Shown piece by piece: positions 39,185-51,834 of a stretch of DNA of 64,000 bases; positions within the stretch are counted from its first letter, which is position 1, and every line of letters begins with the position of its first letter. The DNA comes from the human T2T-CHM13v2.0 reference genome, Homo sapiens. The translations under genes were made by a program, and so were the position numbers. Under the pieces are notes generated by a model. The model was not told the origin of the DNA, made no database searches, and saw nothing but the letters and a program-made list of their open reading frames with translations. The stretch is from the NCBI RefSeq assembly GCF_009914755.1, contig NC_060936.1, one strand, 5' to 3'.

Positions 39185-40904
39185 TGAAGATTCTTTTTAC
39201 CCCTAGAAGTAGTATAGTTTTGAGTTTTACATTTAAGTCTGTGGTCTATTTTGAGTTACTTTTTGCATAAGTTATAAGACGTAGGTCAAGGGTTTTTTTG
39301 TTTGTTTTCCCTATGAATGTCCAAATCACTCCAAGAATGAACTGTTGAAAAGGCTGTTTTTTTCTGTTGAATTGCTTTTGCACTTTTGTCAAAAATTGGT
39401 CTAATATGTTGTGAGTCAATTTCTGGCTTCTCTGTTTTTTTCCTCCATTGATATAAGTGTCTATTCCTCTGCAAATATCACAGAGTGTTGATCACTACAG
39501 TTACATAATAAATTCTGGAACTGGGTAGATTATTCCCACTTTATTCTTCTATTTCAAAGTTCTTTTAGCTATTCTAATTCCTTTGCTTTTCAGCTGAAAT
39601 TTCAATATAAATTTTTCTTCTCTGTATCTACAAAAAAGCCTTGTTGAGATTTTGATAGTAATTGTGTTAAGCCTGTGTGTCAGTTTGAGGAGAACTGCCA
39701 TCTTTGCCATGTTGAGTGTTCCAGTCCATGAACATGATAGAGCTATTTATTTAGATCTTCATTCAGCATTGTGTGGCTTGCAGCATACACATCCTTTAAT
39801 GTGTTTTGTTAGATTTATACCTAGGTATTTCATTTTCTGAGTGACTGTAAATAGTATTGCATTTTAAATTTTGATGTTCAGCCATTCATTGCTAGTATTA
39901 ATATATACAAATATAACTGACTTTCGTATGTTTATATCTTGCTACCTTGCTAAACTCAAATTAGTTTTGGGAGTTAGTTTTTCTTTTCTTTTTTTTTTAA
40001 TGTTCCATGAGATTTTCCACATAAACAATGATATCAAATGAAAAATAGGGACAGTTTTATTTTTGTCCTTTATAATCCATATGCTTTTAATTACAATTTT
40101 TTGCCTTTTTGCACTGGCCAGAAATTCTAGCACTGTGTTGAAGAAGGGTCATGAGAAGACATCCCTTGACCTTGTTCCTGATCTAAGAGGAAACACCCAT
40201 GTCTTTCATCAAGTATAATGTTAGCTGTAGATGTTTTATAGATGTTCCATGTAAAGTTGAGAAAGTTTTCTATCTCAATTTTTCTGAGAGTTTTTCTCAT
40301 AAATGTCTGTGGAATTTTGTCAGTGCACTTTTTGCAGGAATTTATAGCATTGTGTGATGTTTCTTCTTTAGGTTGTTAGCATACTGAATTACACTGATGG
40401 TTTTTCATATACTGAGCCAGCCTTGAATCCCTTGAAATAAACTAGCCTTTGGTCATGATGTATAATATGGTTCTTTTTACATATTGTTGAATTCTATTTG
40501 CTAATATTTTGTTAATATTTTTTGTACCTGTATTTATGGGGGATATTGGTCTCATTTCTTTTTTTGTACTTCGTTTTAGTATCTGGGTAATACTACTTTC
40601 ATAAAATGAATGGCTTTCTGGGGGAGATTGTTTAGGGCTGGTTTCAATCCCTCTTTAAATGTTTGGTAGAATTATCTAGTAAAACCATCTGAAGATTACT
40701 TTTTTTGAAAGTTTGTTAAGTTAGGGATTAAATTCCTTTAACTGTTGTAAGGCTATTAAAATTATCTATTTAATTATGGGTGAGTTGCAGCAGTTCATGT
40801 TTTTTGAGGATTGGATCCATCTAAGTTGTGAATTTATGTGTGTAGAGTTGTTTGTAGTAGTCCCATATTATCCTTTTGGTGTCTGCAGAGTCTGCAGTGA
40901 TACA

Positions 40905-40956
40905 TCCGTATCGTATCGATACGATCGATAAATCGTATCGATTACTGATATCGATA
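40905..40956. other. CpG-dense self-templated palindromic insertion within L1MC
   Basis: 8 CpGs in ~47 bp; 16-bp perfect palindrome atcgtatcgatacgat at 40910-40925. Confidence 0.8.
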
Positions 40957-41567
40957 ACTTGTGTTTTTTCTGTTTTTACTCTGTTAGTCTTACTAGAAAT
41001 TTGTCAATTTTACTGATCTTTTAAAGTAACCTTAATTTTTTCATGGATTATTTTTCTGTTTTCAATTTTATTGACTTTTGTTCTTAATATTATTTCCTTC
41101 CTTCTGCTTGCTTTGGATACTTACAGCTCTTCTTTAGGTTCTTGAACTATGAACTTAGATTACTGATTTGAGACTTTTCCTCTTTTCTAATGTACCTGTG
41201 TGGTGTGCCATAAACTTCCCTCTCAAAGTTGCTTTAGCTGTGATCCACAAATTTTTACGTGTTCTATTTTTATTGTCATTCAGTTCAATATATTTATGTC
41301 CCTTGAGACTTTCTTTGTTACCCATGGATTATTTACAATGTATATTTCTCAGTTTCCAAGGGTTCAGAAATTTTCCTGTTCTCTTTCTGTTATTGATTTC
41401 TAATTTGATTCCATGGTGGTCAAAAAATATATCCCATATGATTTTAGTTCTTCTAAATTTATTGAGATTTGTTTCCTGGCCCAGGATATGATCTCTCTTG
41501 GAATATGTTCCATGGACACATGAAAAGAATGTGTGTGCTGCTGCTGCTGGGTTTCCATTAGATTTTC

Positions 41568-41842
41568 TTTTTTTTTTTTTTTTTTGAGAGGGAGTGCAGT
41601 GGCGCAATCTCGGCTCACTGCGAGCTCCGCCTCCTGGGTTCACACCATTCTCCTGGCCTCAGCATCCCGAGTAGCTGGGACTACAGGTGCCCACCACCAC
41701 GCCCGGCTAATTTTTTGTATTTTTAGTAGAGACAGGGTTTCACCGTGTTAGCCAGGATGGTCTCGATCTCCTGACCTCGTGATCCACCCACCTCGGCCTC
41801 CCAAAGTGCTGGGATTACAGGCTTGAGCCATCGCGCCCGGCC
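41568..41842 (-). mobile_element. AluY-type with a deletion near its 3' end
   Basis: ttagccaggatggtctcgatc; TSD ttagattttctt. Confidence 0.93.
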
Positions 41843-44800
41843 TCAGTTAGATTTTCTTGGTTACCAACGTTGAGGTTCCTCTATATCTTTGCTGATTATC
41901 TGTCTAGTTTTTTTACAAAGTGATTAAACTTGGGTGTTCAAATCTTCGAATAACATTGCGAGTTTGTCTATTTCTCTTTTCAATTTAATCAGTTTTGCTT
42001 CATGTATTTTGCAGCTCAGTTATTTAGTACATACACATTTAGAATTGTCATGTCTTTTTGGTGGAGCAATGTCTTAATAATTATATAATATCCCTCTCTG
42101 TCACTAGTAACTTTCCTTGCTCAAAAGAATATTATATCTGATATTAACATAGCAACTCCCACTTTCTTTGTATTAATGTCTGCATGATACATATTTTTCC
42201 ATTTTTTTCTTTCAATCTGCCCACATTGTTACACAAGGCCACAGGTGAATCAGTGACGGGGCTGGGTTAGCAACAACTTCTGATGACAATGAACTACATA
42301 ATGAGAAATAAAAATATTAACTTTTTATCTAAAGTGTGTCAACAGTCTGCTTTGAAATGCAGTTATGCCTCATTTCCTTAAGGAAGGCAAAATAAGAACA
42401 TGGCAGATGGAATATTATCACTCATCTACATTGGAATTTAACCAGGACACTAGGGTTTCAACTTACCCATTTGCCAAAAGTAGCAATAGATAACAAATAA
42501 ATGGCCCAGTCATCGATATTATTGCAGACACTAGCCCACAAGAGGTTCCAAGCATGAAATTCTAAGAGTGAGCATGTTGTTTTTCATCGTGCGTCAGTGA
42601 TTTTTTTTCCCATCTATCCAGGCTACCAGAGTGGCAAATTTGAAGGACACAGGCATATATTCCACATTATGCAGTTTTGCTCACTTTAAATGTAAAAACA
42701 CTTGAGTGTGTGCAAAAGAGACTGTCCTCAATTCCCAAAATATTTTCTATATTCCCTGATTCATTTTATGAAGGATCAAACCTCTAGCTTGTAGCTCTGA
42801 GTGATAGACTTCCCCTTTTAGTCATGAAGTCTTCTATGATCCAAACTGAAGGAAAAAATTCTTGTTCATCTCCCATTTATATTCACAGTCAGATACTATA
42901 ATTAAATAATAGAGTTTCATTTACTTGGGCTCAAATCCATTAATTTTTTTTCTTATTTTTACTCATCTCTTTTCTCTGAAATGTATCCCAGTATTATTAT
43001 TATCCTTGAGCACACAAATACACAGATCTGTGAATCTATAATGAGATCTTCCTATTTTTTTAGACTAAATTTTGCTTTGGTTAAATGTCTAAATTGCCTC
43101 TACTTAGATGCTGCCTAAATATGAACAAACAGTGGATCCCATTGGGGGAAAAAAAATCAGCTTTGAAGAGCTGACCTCCTAGTCAAGTTCATGTATTGTT
43201 TATATTCCAGGGAAAAAGTTGGTTCACAGGCTAACTTGGGGTCCTTGGTCTGCTGCCAGCAGAGGGTGAATGTGCTAATACTCTGCATCAAAGTGCAAGT
43301 TCAAATGCCCTTCCATTCCAGCCCCGTGTACTGGTCAAAGGATAAAGCATCGTTAAGCATCATGTCCAGAGACAGCCATCTGCCTGCCTCTCACCCAGAG
43401 GTGCCACATGTGATGACGGACAGGAAAAGAGAAAGGAAGTGAAGGTGCAAAACACTCCAATAGGGAAGTATCTGAATTAGAAAGAAAAACTAAGCTCGAC
43501 AGCTGCCACTGAGTCCAACTCTTTAACCAGACAGAACTACCGCATTCTTAGACTGTTGTTTTTAGGAAAAGAGAGGAAGCTTGCAGAATTTGTATTGCCA
43601 TGTCCAATGCTGTGCTCTCCCCACATGCCTATGAAACTCTCCTGTCAACAGAGCTTTTACCCTTGTCTTTTTCTCCTTTTCAGAATTTCTACTCCAAATC
43701 CCCAGCACACTTACAGCAGTGATCTCGGAGGCATTTCTATAGCCAATGCAAATTATATTTCTTTGTTTGCCTCCTAGAGATGAGATGGGAAAGGGAAAGA
43801 CATGTAAAAGCCCCAAAGTGGCAACTCAAACCAAAACAGAGGATGAAAGCTCATAACATTTTTCACTAGTTCTCTGTGTAAATCCCCCCCTGCTAATTTA
43901 GAAAAGGCTTTGTGGTTTTTAATATTAAAAAGTAAAATAGATATATCCCTCTGCTGATGTTCATGAACTAAAGGTAGTTATACTTACTTTGCCAGTTAAA
44001 AAACATAGGTGAACACAACAAATCCCTTCAGGATAGACCATAAACTGTAAATAGGAAGAAAGTATATTAATCCATTTTTTGTTGTTAATAGGCCACATTT
44101 TTATATAAGAAGACTTGTTCCTCTTTCCAGCCATGGTACCACTGTGGAGTGAATGTAAACTCTGAGATAATTGACATCTAGTTTGAATAAAAGCACATAA
44201 TATTTTAATGTTTTTTTTATACGCATAAAGCCATTATTCCTGATTAGAAGCAAAAGCCCTGAAAATACATCAAATTCTATATTCCCCTAAATCCCAAATT
44301 AGTCCCCTCAGCTGATAAAGAATGAATGGATAAAGATAGAAAGATCAACATACCAATTTGTGAGTTAGGCTGGTAAACTTTGCTTCATCCTAAAGCTCTT
44401 AGCCCAAACTGGAAGTACACAGTAACAGCCAACATTCAAGCCCCCTCTATAAATAAGATGAAATTTCAGGTCCTAATATTACTGTCATAGACAGTCTCAA
44501 TCCATCTCTGAGTATGAAGTCAAATAAAATACACACGTAGTATTGTTGAGCAATATCCGTAACGTACTTTGTTAGATGAGGTGGAGAAAACAAAGTCATT
44601 AAAACTTGCTAATAAAGAAGCTGTGATCTAACTACATCAAAGTTGGAAAAGTCATTAGCAGAGAAAGAAGTAAAATGAGGATGCATTCCAGAATGACAGG
44701 AAAGGGGCTTAACAACAAAACACAGGTTGTGCGTCAACACATGAAAAATTACATCGCGTCAAAAATTCAGTAACATCAAGACTTACAGAAAACTTATCCT

Positions 44801-45679
44801 GGACATTGAAATTCTTGGATCAGAAGGAGAGAAACGGGAAGACTTGGAGCTGCAGTGAGACAGTGGGTGGTCTCTCCTGGGTACTGAAAGGGCAAGAAGA
44901 ACCTGAAGAACAGGCCCTGCTGGCAGGCCCAAGCAAGAGCGGGGCAGGCCAGGGATTTTTGAAAGAAGCCAGATAACAGGACTTACACATTTTCATCTCA
45001 GGAGCTCTAAGAAGCAGGTCTTCTGCATCCACAGCTCGGTCAGTCCTGGTTTATTCTCCCCAGGGTGACCAAATGTCTCTCTACTGAGAGATCTTGGACT
45101 AGCCCATGTAACATACCCATGAATCTCCAACTTGTTATATCCAGCCACTTCCTCAGGCAATGGAGGGAGATTTCACTGACTGACCAACCCAGTTTTCCTC
45201 TACCAGTATCTCAGCATCAGCAAACTAACATCTGAAATGTCATTGTTGAAGCCACAGGAGCTACGAATGTATTCAAAAGCAAAGACGTGGGTAAGGAAAC
45301 GTGGTGACTGAAATACAGCCTTAGGAAAGCAAATCCAGTCACTCAACTAATGTAAAAATATGAGCTAATGTTTCAATTCCTGATTTGGTAGAAAAAATGA
45401 GATTATATGAGGAACTAGAGGCACCGAGTATTCTCAAGAGGGCTGCTACTGAAAATACACACAATGAGGTCCACACAGTTGAAGTTATTTGTACTTTGAG
45501 CGATGATAGTCAAACACAGTTTGAATAACAATATTACAATGTAGCAAAGTTGTTACTAGCAAAACTCTGAAATTAGGCTGAGTAAAATCTCCCTATCTGA
45601 GTGATCTTGGGCATGTTCCTTAGTCTCTAAATCCAGGTCTGATCTGTCAATTTGAATTAATGCTAACCAGAATAATTGT

Positions 45680-46095
45680 CTACTCAGCATCTCATTGAGA
45701 AACCATGCTGCTTGACTTTCAGACTTCATGGTTCAGGTGGAGTTGGCCTGTGTTTCCTCCCGCTGCATCGTAGGGGTGACTGCTCAGACCTTGGCTATCA
45801 GTGACATGCTCTGGCAAGCCATGTGAGGATCCCCATCACCCCAAACATTGTTGCAACTTTCTCTTTCTCTGTTTCTCATTGGGGTTATTGAGGACCATTC
45901 CAATCTGGAACTGCCCATTTGTGTAGAGATTCTTCCTGCTGATCAAGCCAGGTAAGAACGCAAAGCTACGAGACTGGACAGAGTGAGAGACTGATGCCTA
46001 GAGACATCCTGTGAGCTTAAAGACTGTTATCCAGTGTTACCACAAGAGTCCATTTCTTGGTTCTCCTATTTTGAGGCAGGTTTTTGTCTAACCTA
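45680..46095 (+). mobile_element. Old MLT1 LTR flanked by MIR pieces
   Basis: cagaccttggctatcagtg...gagacatcctgtgagc...tttgaggcaggtttttgtc. Confidence 0.55.
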
Positions 46096-46994
46096 GCACA
46101 TGGAGTTTTTGTATGTGTATGTGAGGAAGAAATGAGATAATGCTTATAACGTTATTTGTTACTGCACTGGGCATATAGCAAGTGCTTAATAAATGTGAGC
46201 TATTTTTATGTCCAGAAGGAAAGGCTCTTTATACTTCCCTTTCCAAGATGATACCATGAAAGATGGATAATTTTCATGAGACTCAAGGGTCTCTACCTTA
46301 AAAAAGATCATAATCTACAACAGACAATGTTAAGAACAGCTCAAAGACATAAAGTAGAATTCCCAAAAGGTGACAGATGACTTAACTGACAAATGAACTG
46401 AACAGAATATAATATTTAAATGTCACTAGAAGAAAGACCTTCAGGCAGAGCAGGTCATTGAAGGGCTTCATAGAAGTAATCATTGAGCTGGGTTTTTAGG
46501 AGCAGGAATAATCTGGAAGCCTGGAGAAAAGGATAGACAATACTTTAGCCATGGGTCAAGAAAAACATGGTGGTGGTGGTGCTAGAGCCAGGACACTCTC
46601 TGACCTGGAACACAGGGTATATGAGAAGAAGCCAGGGAAGAACAGCTGGAACAAAATGTTCAATGCAAATGACATGTTTTAAGGGCAAGTTTAATCATAT
46701 TTCACAGAAGCTGGTTTTCACTGAGCTCATTTAGAGGTATAAAGGGTTGACACTAGGTACTCATGTAATTCATACTCAGTGAAATTCTAAAAATAATAAA
46801 AAATCAGAGGAATTATTTCAAAGATTTTTACAACCAAATCAGACATCTTTGGATGCTTTATATCATATTGCCGTTTTTTTTTTCTTTCCTTTTTCTTACT
46901 CCAACTGTCATGGTTCATTATTTACTCACGTGCTACAGCCAAACAAATAAAAATACATTCACAAATGAGCCCTAAGACATAGTGTAATAGATAA

Positions 46995-47565
46995 TATTGT
47001 GGTTTTCTCCTCAATATCCCTTGCATTCCTTCCTCAGTATGTAAGAGCTATGCAGTTTGAGGGACTGACTCCAAACCCTGAAGTAGATTCTGCAAAGTTT
47101 AAGGCAACCATGGTAATCCCATCCTCCTTGCCAGTGATTGGTTGTAAATCCAGGCCTAAGCCACTCTATAAATAGCATTCACTTGGAAATGAGGTTTGGA
47201 TCCAGGAATGGGCATACGACACTATGTGGGCCAAGGAAACAGGAATGAGATTTGCTTCTGGAAAACATTGCCTTACTGTTAAAGAGAGCCACTGGAAGAG
47301 ATGGTCTCTTTCCCAAACTCTGTGGTCATCAGACCTGGAACTGCAGATGCTATCTGCATCCAATTCAAGAATATTGCTGATATACAGAGGAGAACAGAAA
47401 TTAGGAATTGCAGAGATAAGGAGCTGAAACCATTGGAAAAGGCCAGCCCAATAATCTGCCCCATCTTTAATGTCTGGTTATGTGAAATATTACCTTTATT
47501 ATTAAACTGGTTTGACTCTTTTTCAAAAAATACCCCAATTTCTTCTAAAAATACCCTGATGACTC
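46995..47565 (+). mobile_element. MLT1J-like LTR
   Basis: caaccatggtaatcccatcctccttgccagtgattgg...ggaactgcagatgctatc...ttatgtgaaatattacctttatt. Confidence 0.7.
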
Positions 47566-47916
47566 AGTACATTTGTGATCTAATAATATATCGTATTTTT
47601 CTGCTCTCTGATTTGTCTTAGAGCTCCCAGAAGAAGACTACAAAAACTGGGCATCAGGGCAGGTGAACAGGTATGTATCTGAAAGCACCAGTCCAGGTTG
47701 ATCCATTTCAGATCAGTAGAACATCATTCTCTGAAAAAATGGAGTAGTTGTCAGAGTTACCTAGATTGGCCCAGAAATTTCTGTCAAAAGAGGATCCTCC
47801 AAAATTATAGCACAACAAATGTTGTGTGTTTTTTTCTTCCATGAACACAAAACACTGGATCCCACACCTCCGCTAGAGTCCTCATTCCTCCTACATAGCA
47901 CCTAGGAGAAGAAAGA

Positions 47917-48227
47917 TTTTTTTTTTTAAGACAAAGTCTTGCTCTGTCACCAAGGCAGTACAGTGAAGTACAGTGGCACCATCTCAGCTCACTGCAACCT
48001 CCACCTCCTCGGTTAAGCAACTCTCCTCCCTCAGTTAAGCAACTCCTCCCAAGTAGCTGAGATTACAGGTGCACACCACCATGCCAGGCTAATTTTTTTG
48101 TATTTTAGTAGAGACAAGGCTTCACCATGTTTTGCCAGGCTGGTCTCAATCTCCTTACCTCAAGTGATCTGCCTGCCTTGGCCTCCCAATGTGCTGTGAT
48201 TACAGGTGTGAGCCGCCATGCACAGCC
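47917..48227 (-). mobile_element. AluS-type with small internal duplications
   Basis: Reverse dimer; gttaagcaactc and gtacagtg each duplicated. Confidence 0.92.
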
Positions 48228-48479
48228 GAGTAGGGGCATTTTATTCCCTAGTCATATTAGTGAAAAGAGTTCCTGAGAGATGAAGTCTAGACTCAAAAGA
48301 ATTTTCTGAACAGCAAATGTTACAGACTCTAAAACTTTCTGTGTTTCATCACCAGTCATCATTTTGGGGTGCACTCTCTAAGAGTACAATTAACCATTTT
48401 AGTCAATTCTGCTATAGATTAGATTAGCTCAAGAAAATGATGCTAGCTATGCTGTGCTAGTGCTTACTCCCTTATTTCT

Positions 48480-50140
48480 AAAAAATAATTTTAAATGTTT
48501 AACCACAGAATGTATACATTTACATAAAGGTAATATCTAGAATGTATATGACAACTTCTAAGGGAGTTACTGTAGAAGATAAACATTGGCAAATGGTGAT
48601 CAAAATAAAACAATGCATATCCAACTGAAATACCATGCTAAAAAAAAGTGAAACTCTATAGATAAGAGGCTGTAGAGACAGTAACTTGTAGCAAATTTGA
48701 TCAGCACTTACCAAAAGGGAGCCAAAGATAAACTGTGAAAGAAGACTCTGCTATGGCATTAAGCCAAAGAAATGCTAAGATCAGAAACTGTATAAATGTA
48801 TACATTATGGTTGATAGCTAAGAGATGATACTTTTCCATGCTTGAGGTGTGGTTCTCTAAAAATATCAGTAAAGCTTCTAACAGGCCTCACATGTACTAA
48901 CATGATTTTAAATACCTTTATTTTGACAGGAAATTTGATAGTCCAAAATTAATACGTATTAGAGCTGAAAACTTTAAGCACATACAATAGCTCTGTCTAT
49001 TTAGGCCTATAAATAAAGACAAAACCACTGACAATGAACATACCTAGTAACCAGAAAACAGCGCTTCTTGGAGAAATAGATGGAACAGGCTATGTACAGA
49101 TGAGCTTAGAACATCTTAACATACCCAGTACACGCGAAGCTATCAAAGATAACTACAGCCATGTGAAAATACTCAAAAGCCAACTTGAAAGGGTTCCCAT
49201 TGTCCAAAGATGAGACCATTTGAGCCTCAAAGGGTAAGGATTACAATAGACCTAAGCTATTGGAGAATGCTTAAATTCATGAATTCACAATGATATTTAA
49301 AAGGAATTACTTGGTTACTTTCTGAGGATGACAGGAAGCTAATTCATTATTTTGAGAACTGGAAAAATAAAAAGATATAATCAATTATTTATCCTGCCTT
49401 TCCTATATGAACTGTACAACTTGGTAACCAAATAGTAGACTGAGAAGTAACTGTCTATTTATAAAATTATCACAGTTAGTAAATGAAAACAAGATGATAT
49501 AATTAGGTTATTTCTACTTTGCAACCCCTAATAAATTAATGAATCTAAGTAGTGAGTATTGATAACTAATATTAAAAAAAGAGTGATAAATGCATCACTT
49601 CTTATAGTCTTACAAAGGGATCAAACTTATCTGATCAACTCTCTGGAGCCAGCTGCCAGTCTTTCAGAAAATATGAAGGACAGAGGAACATGCTAAACCA
49701 CACCATGAGTATGCCACCAACAAAATCCATACTGTGGGAAATTCTTTAGGGCAAACAACTTGGATTCTTTAGCAGATAAGTTGTAAGGAAAAGAAAGAAA
49801 TGCAAGGGGCCCTACAGACTATAAAAGACTTCAAGGACATATCAAGAATTTTTAATGGACAAAATTCACTATATGCATAATTGGATTATAAAACATAATG
49901 AAATGCAAGAATTATTATGGTGAAAGTTCAGATATTATTTCTAGAGAAAGAGGTGAGTCTGTGATTAGCATGGTATACATGGAGAGGCTTCTGGGATTGT
50001 TCACGCCTTCTACTTCTTGACCTGGGTGGTGGTTACAAGACTGTTTATCTTATAATGAATCACCACAGCATATATTTGTTTTGTGTGGTCTTTGATATGT
50101 TCATTATAATATGCAATATAAAGAAAAAATGACAAGAAAA
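48480..50140 (+). mobile_element. L1MC4/5-like 3' end
   Basis: aatgaacatacctag...gatgagcttagaacatctt...aaagccaacttgaaagggttccc...cttgacctgggtggtggttaca. Confidence 0.75.
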
Positions 50141-51059
50141 AAAGTAGGATGGTATGTTACACGCTTGTATGTCACTAATTCATTTGTTACTAGCAGTTAA
50201 AATAGTTTCATGATGTCAATTATAATAGACACTAAACAAGTAATATCCTTAACCAATATGCTTCCATACTTATAAGAATAATGTTCTTACACTGTTTAAT
50301 TAAAATATTAGGGACATCCTTTCTTTACCTGATCAGTACTCTCTTTGGTGGTTTTTACTATTAATATCTCTCTTGGGGATCCAGTTATGATGCTGTTTTA
50401 CCTAGTGGTAAAAGATTCCTCTGCTCTCAGTTCAAACACATTCCTGTTTTCTTCTTGTTTGCTACCCAATAAAAATCAAATATGATACAAACGTTTGTAA
50501 TTGTTGCTAAATGTCTATTAGCTCCAAATATTTTGCTTTGTTTACAAAGATAATGGCACACTTATTGTATTAAAAGTGTGCTCATTTTCCTTTATATATC
50601 CTATCGGAATGAGTTGAAGAACAGACTGATTCTAATGTTCCCTTCTTTTGCAAATCAAATAACCCTCTTTCCAACCCAGGAAACTATTAGCAGTATTTAA
50701 TATCACCGGCCTTCATCAAACCTGGACAAAGGGCATTCTTTCAGCAATGTCTGTCATTATTGCAGGTTGGCCACAGCTGCAGTTTAAAAGCTGACTATAA
50801 TCCCATCTGTAAAGGTTGACTGCACAATGACCTTGGTCAAGGTAAAACCTGTTCCATAAAACCCAAGAATAGCAAGGTGCGTGGAAGTCTAGACGAATGG
50901 GGGCATCGATGACTAGGAGGAAAATGCTTATTGTTCTTAATGAAAGCTATTCATTACACTCATTGCTGTAGTTTCACCCACATATCATGAGTAGTGTCTC
51001 ATATTTCAAAGGCATTTTCAGTAAGTAGAATAAATCAATACTGGATATGATCAACATTA

Positions 51060-51390
51060 CTAATATTGATCAATATCTGCTTCTCTTCTACATTTCCCAT
51101 CCCAAGGAAATTAGGAGGGACCATATGAGTAATTCTATCAAAAAAATATGAGAAGTGATGTTTGTCACTTCTGGAATAAAGCATTTAATTCCCAGTGCTC
51201 AACTCTGCAGCCGTCTCTTCCCCAGCCTGGGAGATCATGGAAGCAGGTATCGAAAAAGTCTAGAAAGCTGAGCCATCATATGTAAGATAACTGATCTGCA
51301 GAGTCACCTGAACCCACAACAAACCTTGTAGATGAAATTTTAGGGTTGTCTGCACAGTTTCATAACTTATTCTAACCCAAATGATGTGTG
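51060..51390 (+). mobile_element. MLT1I/J-like LTR
   Basis: agaagtgatgtttgtcacttctgg...agcatttaattcccagtg. Confidence 0.65.
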
Positions 51391-51517
51391 GGAATTCTGC
51401 ATGTTTCCAAAAATCCTTTCCACAGAGATCTAATGAAAGTTACCTACATATATTGATTGCTTGAGGCCAACCAAATTAGTTGGATTATAAAAAAGGTAAC
51501 AATTTAGAATATTTTCA

Positions 51518-51834
<317 letters not shown>

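Noticed and set aside
50329-50401. Possible 73-nt minus-strand exon (CTAG|...CAG|GTAAAG)
   Set aside because: Weak pyrimidine tract and stop codons in all three frames; no other support.
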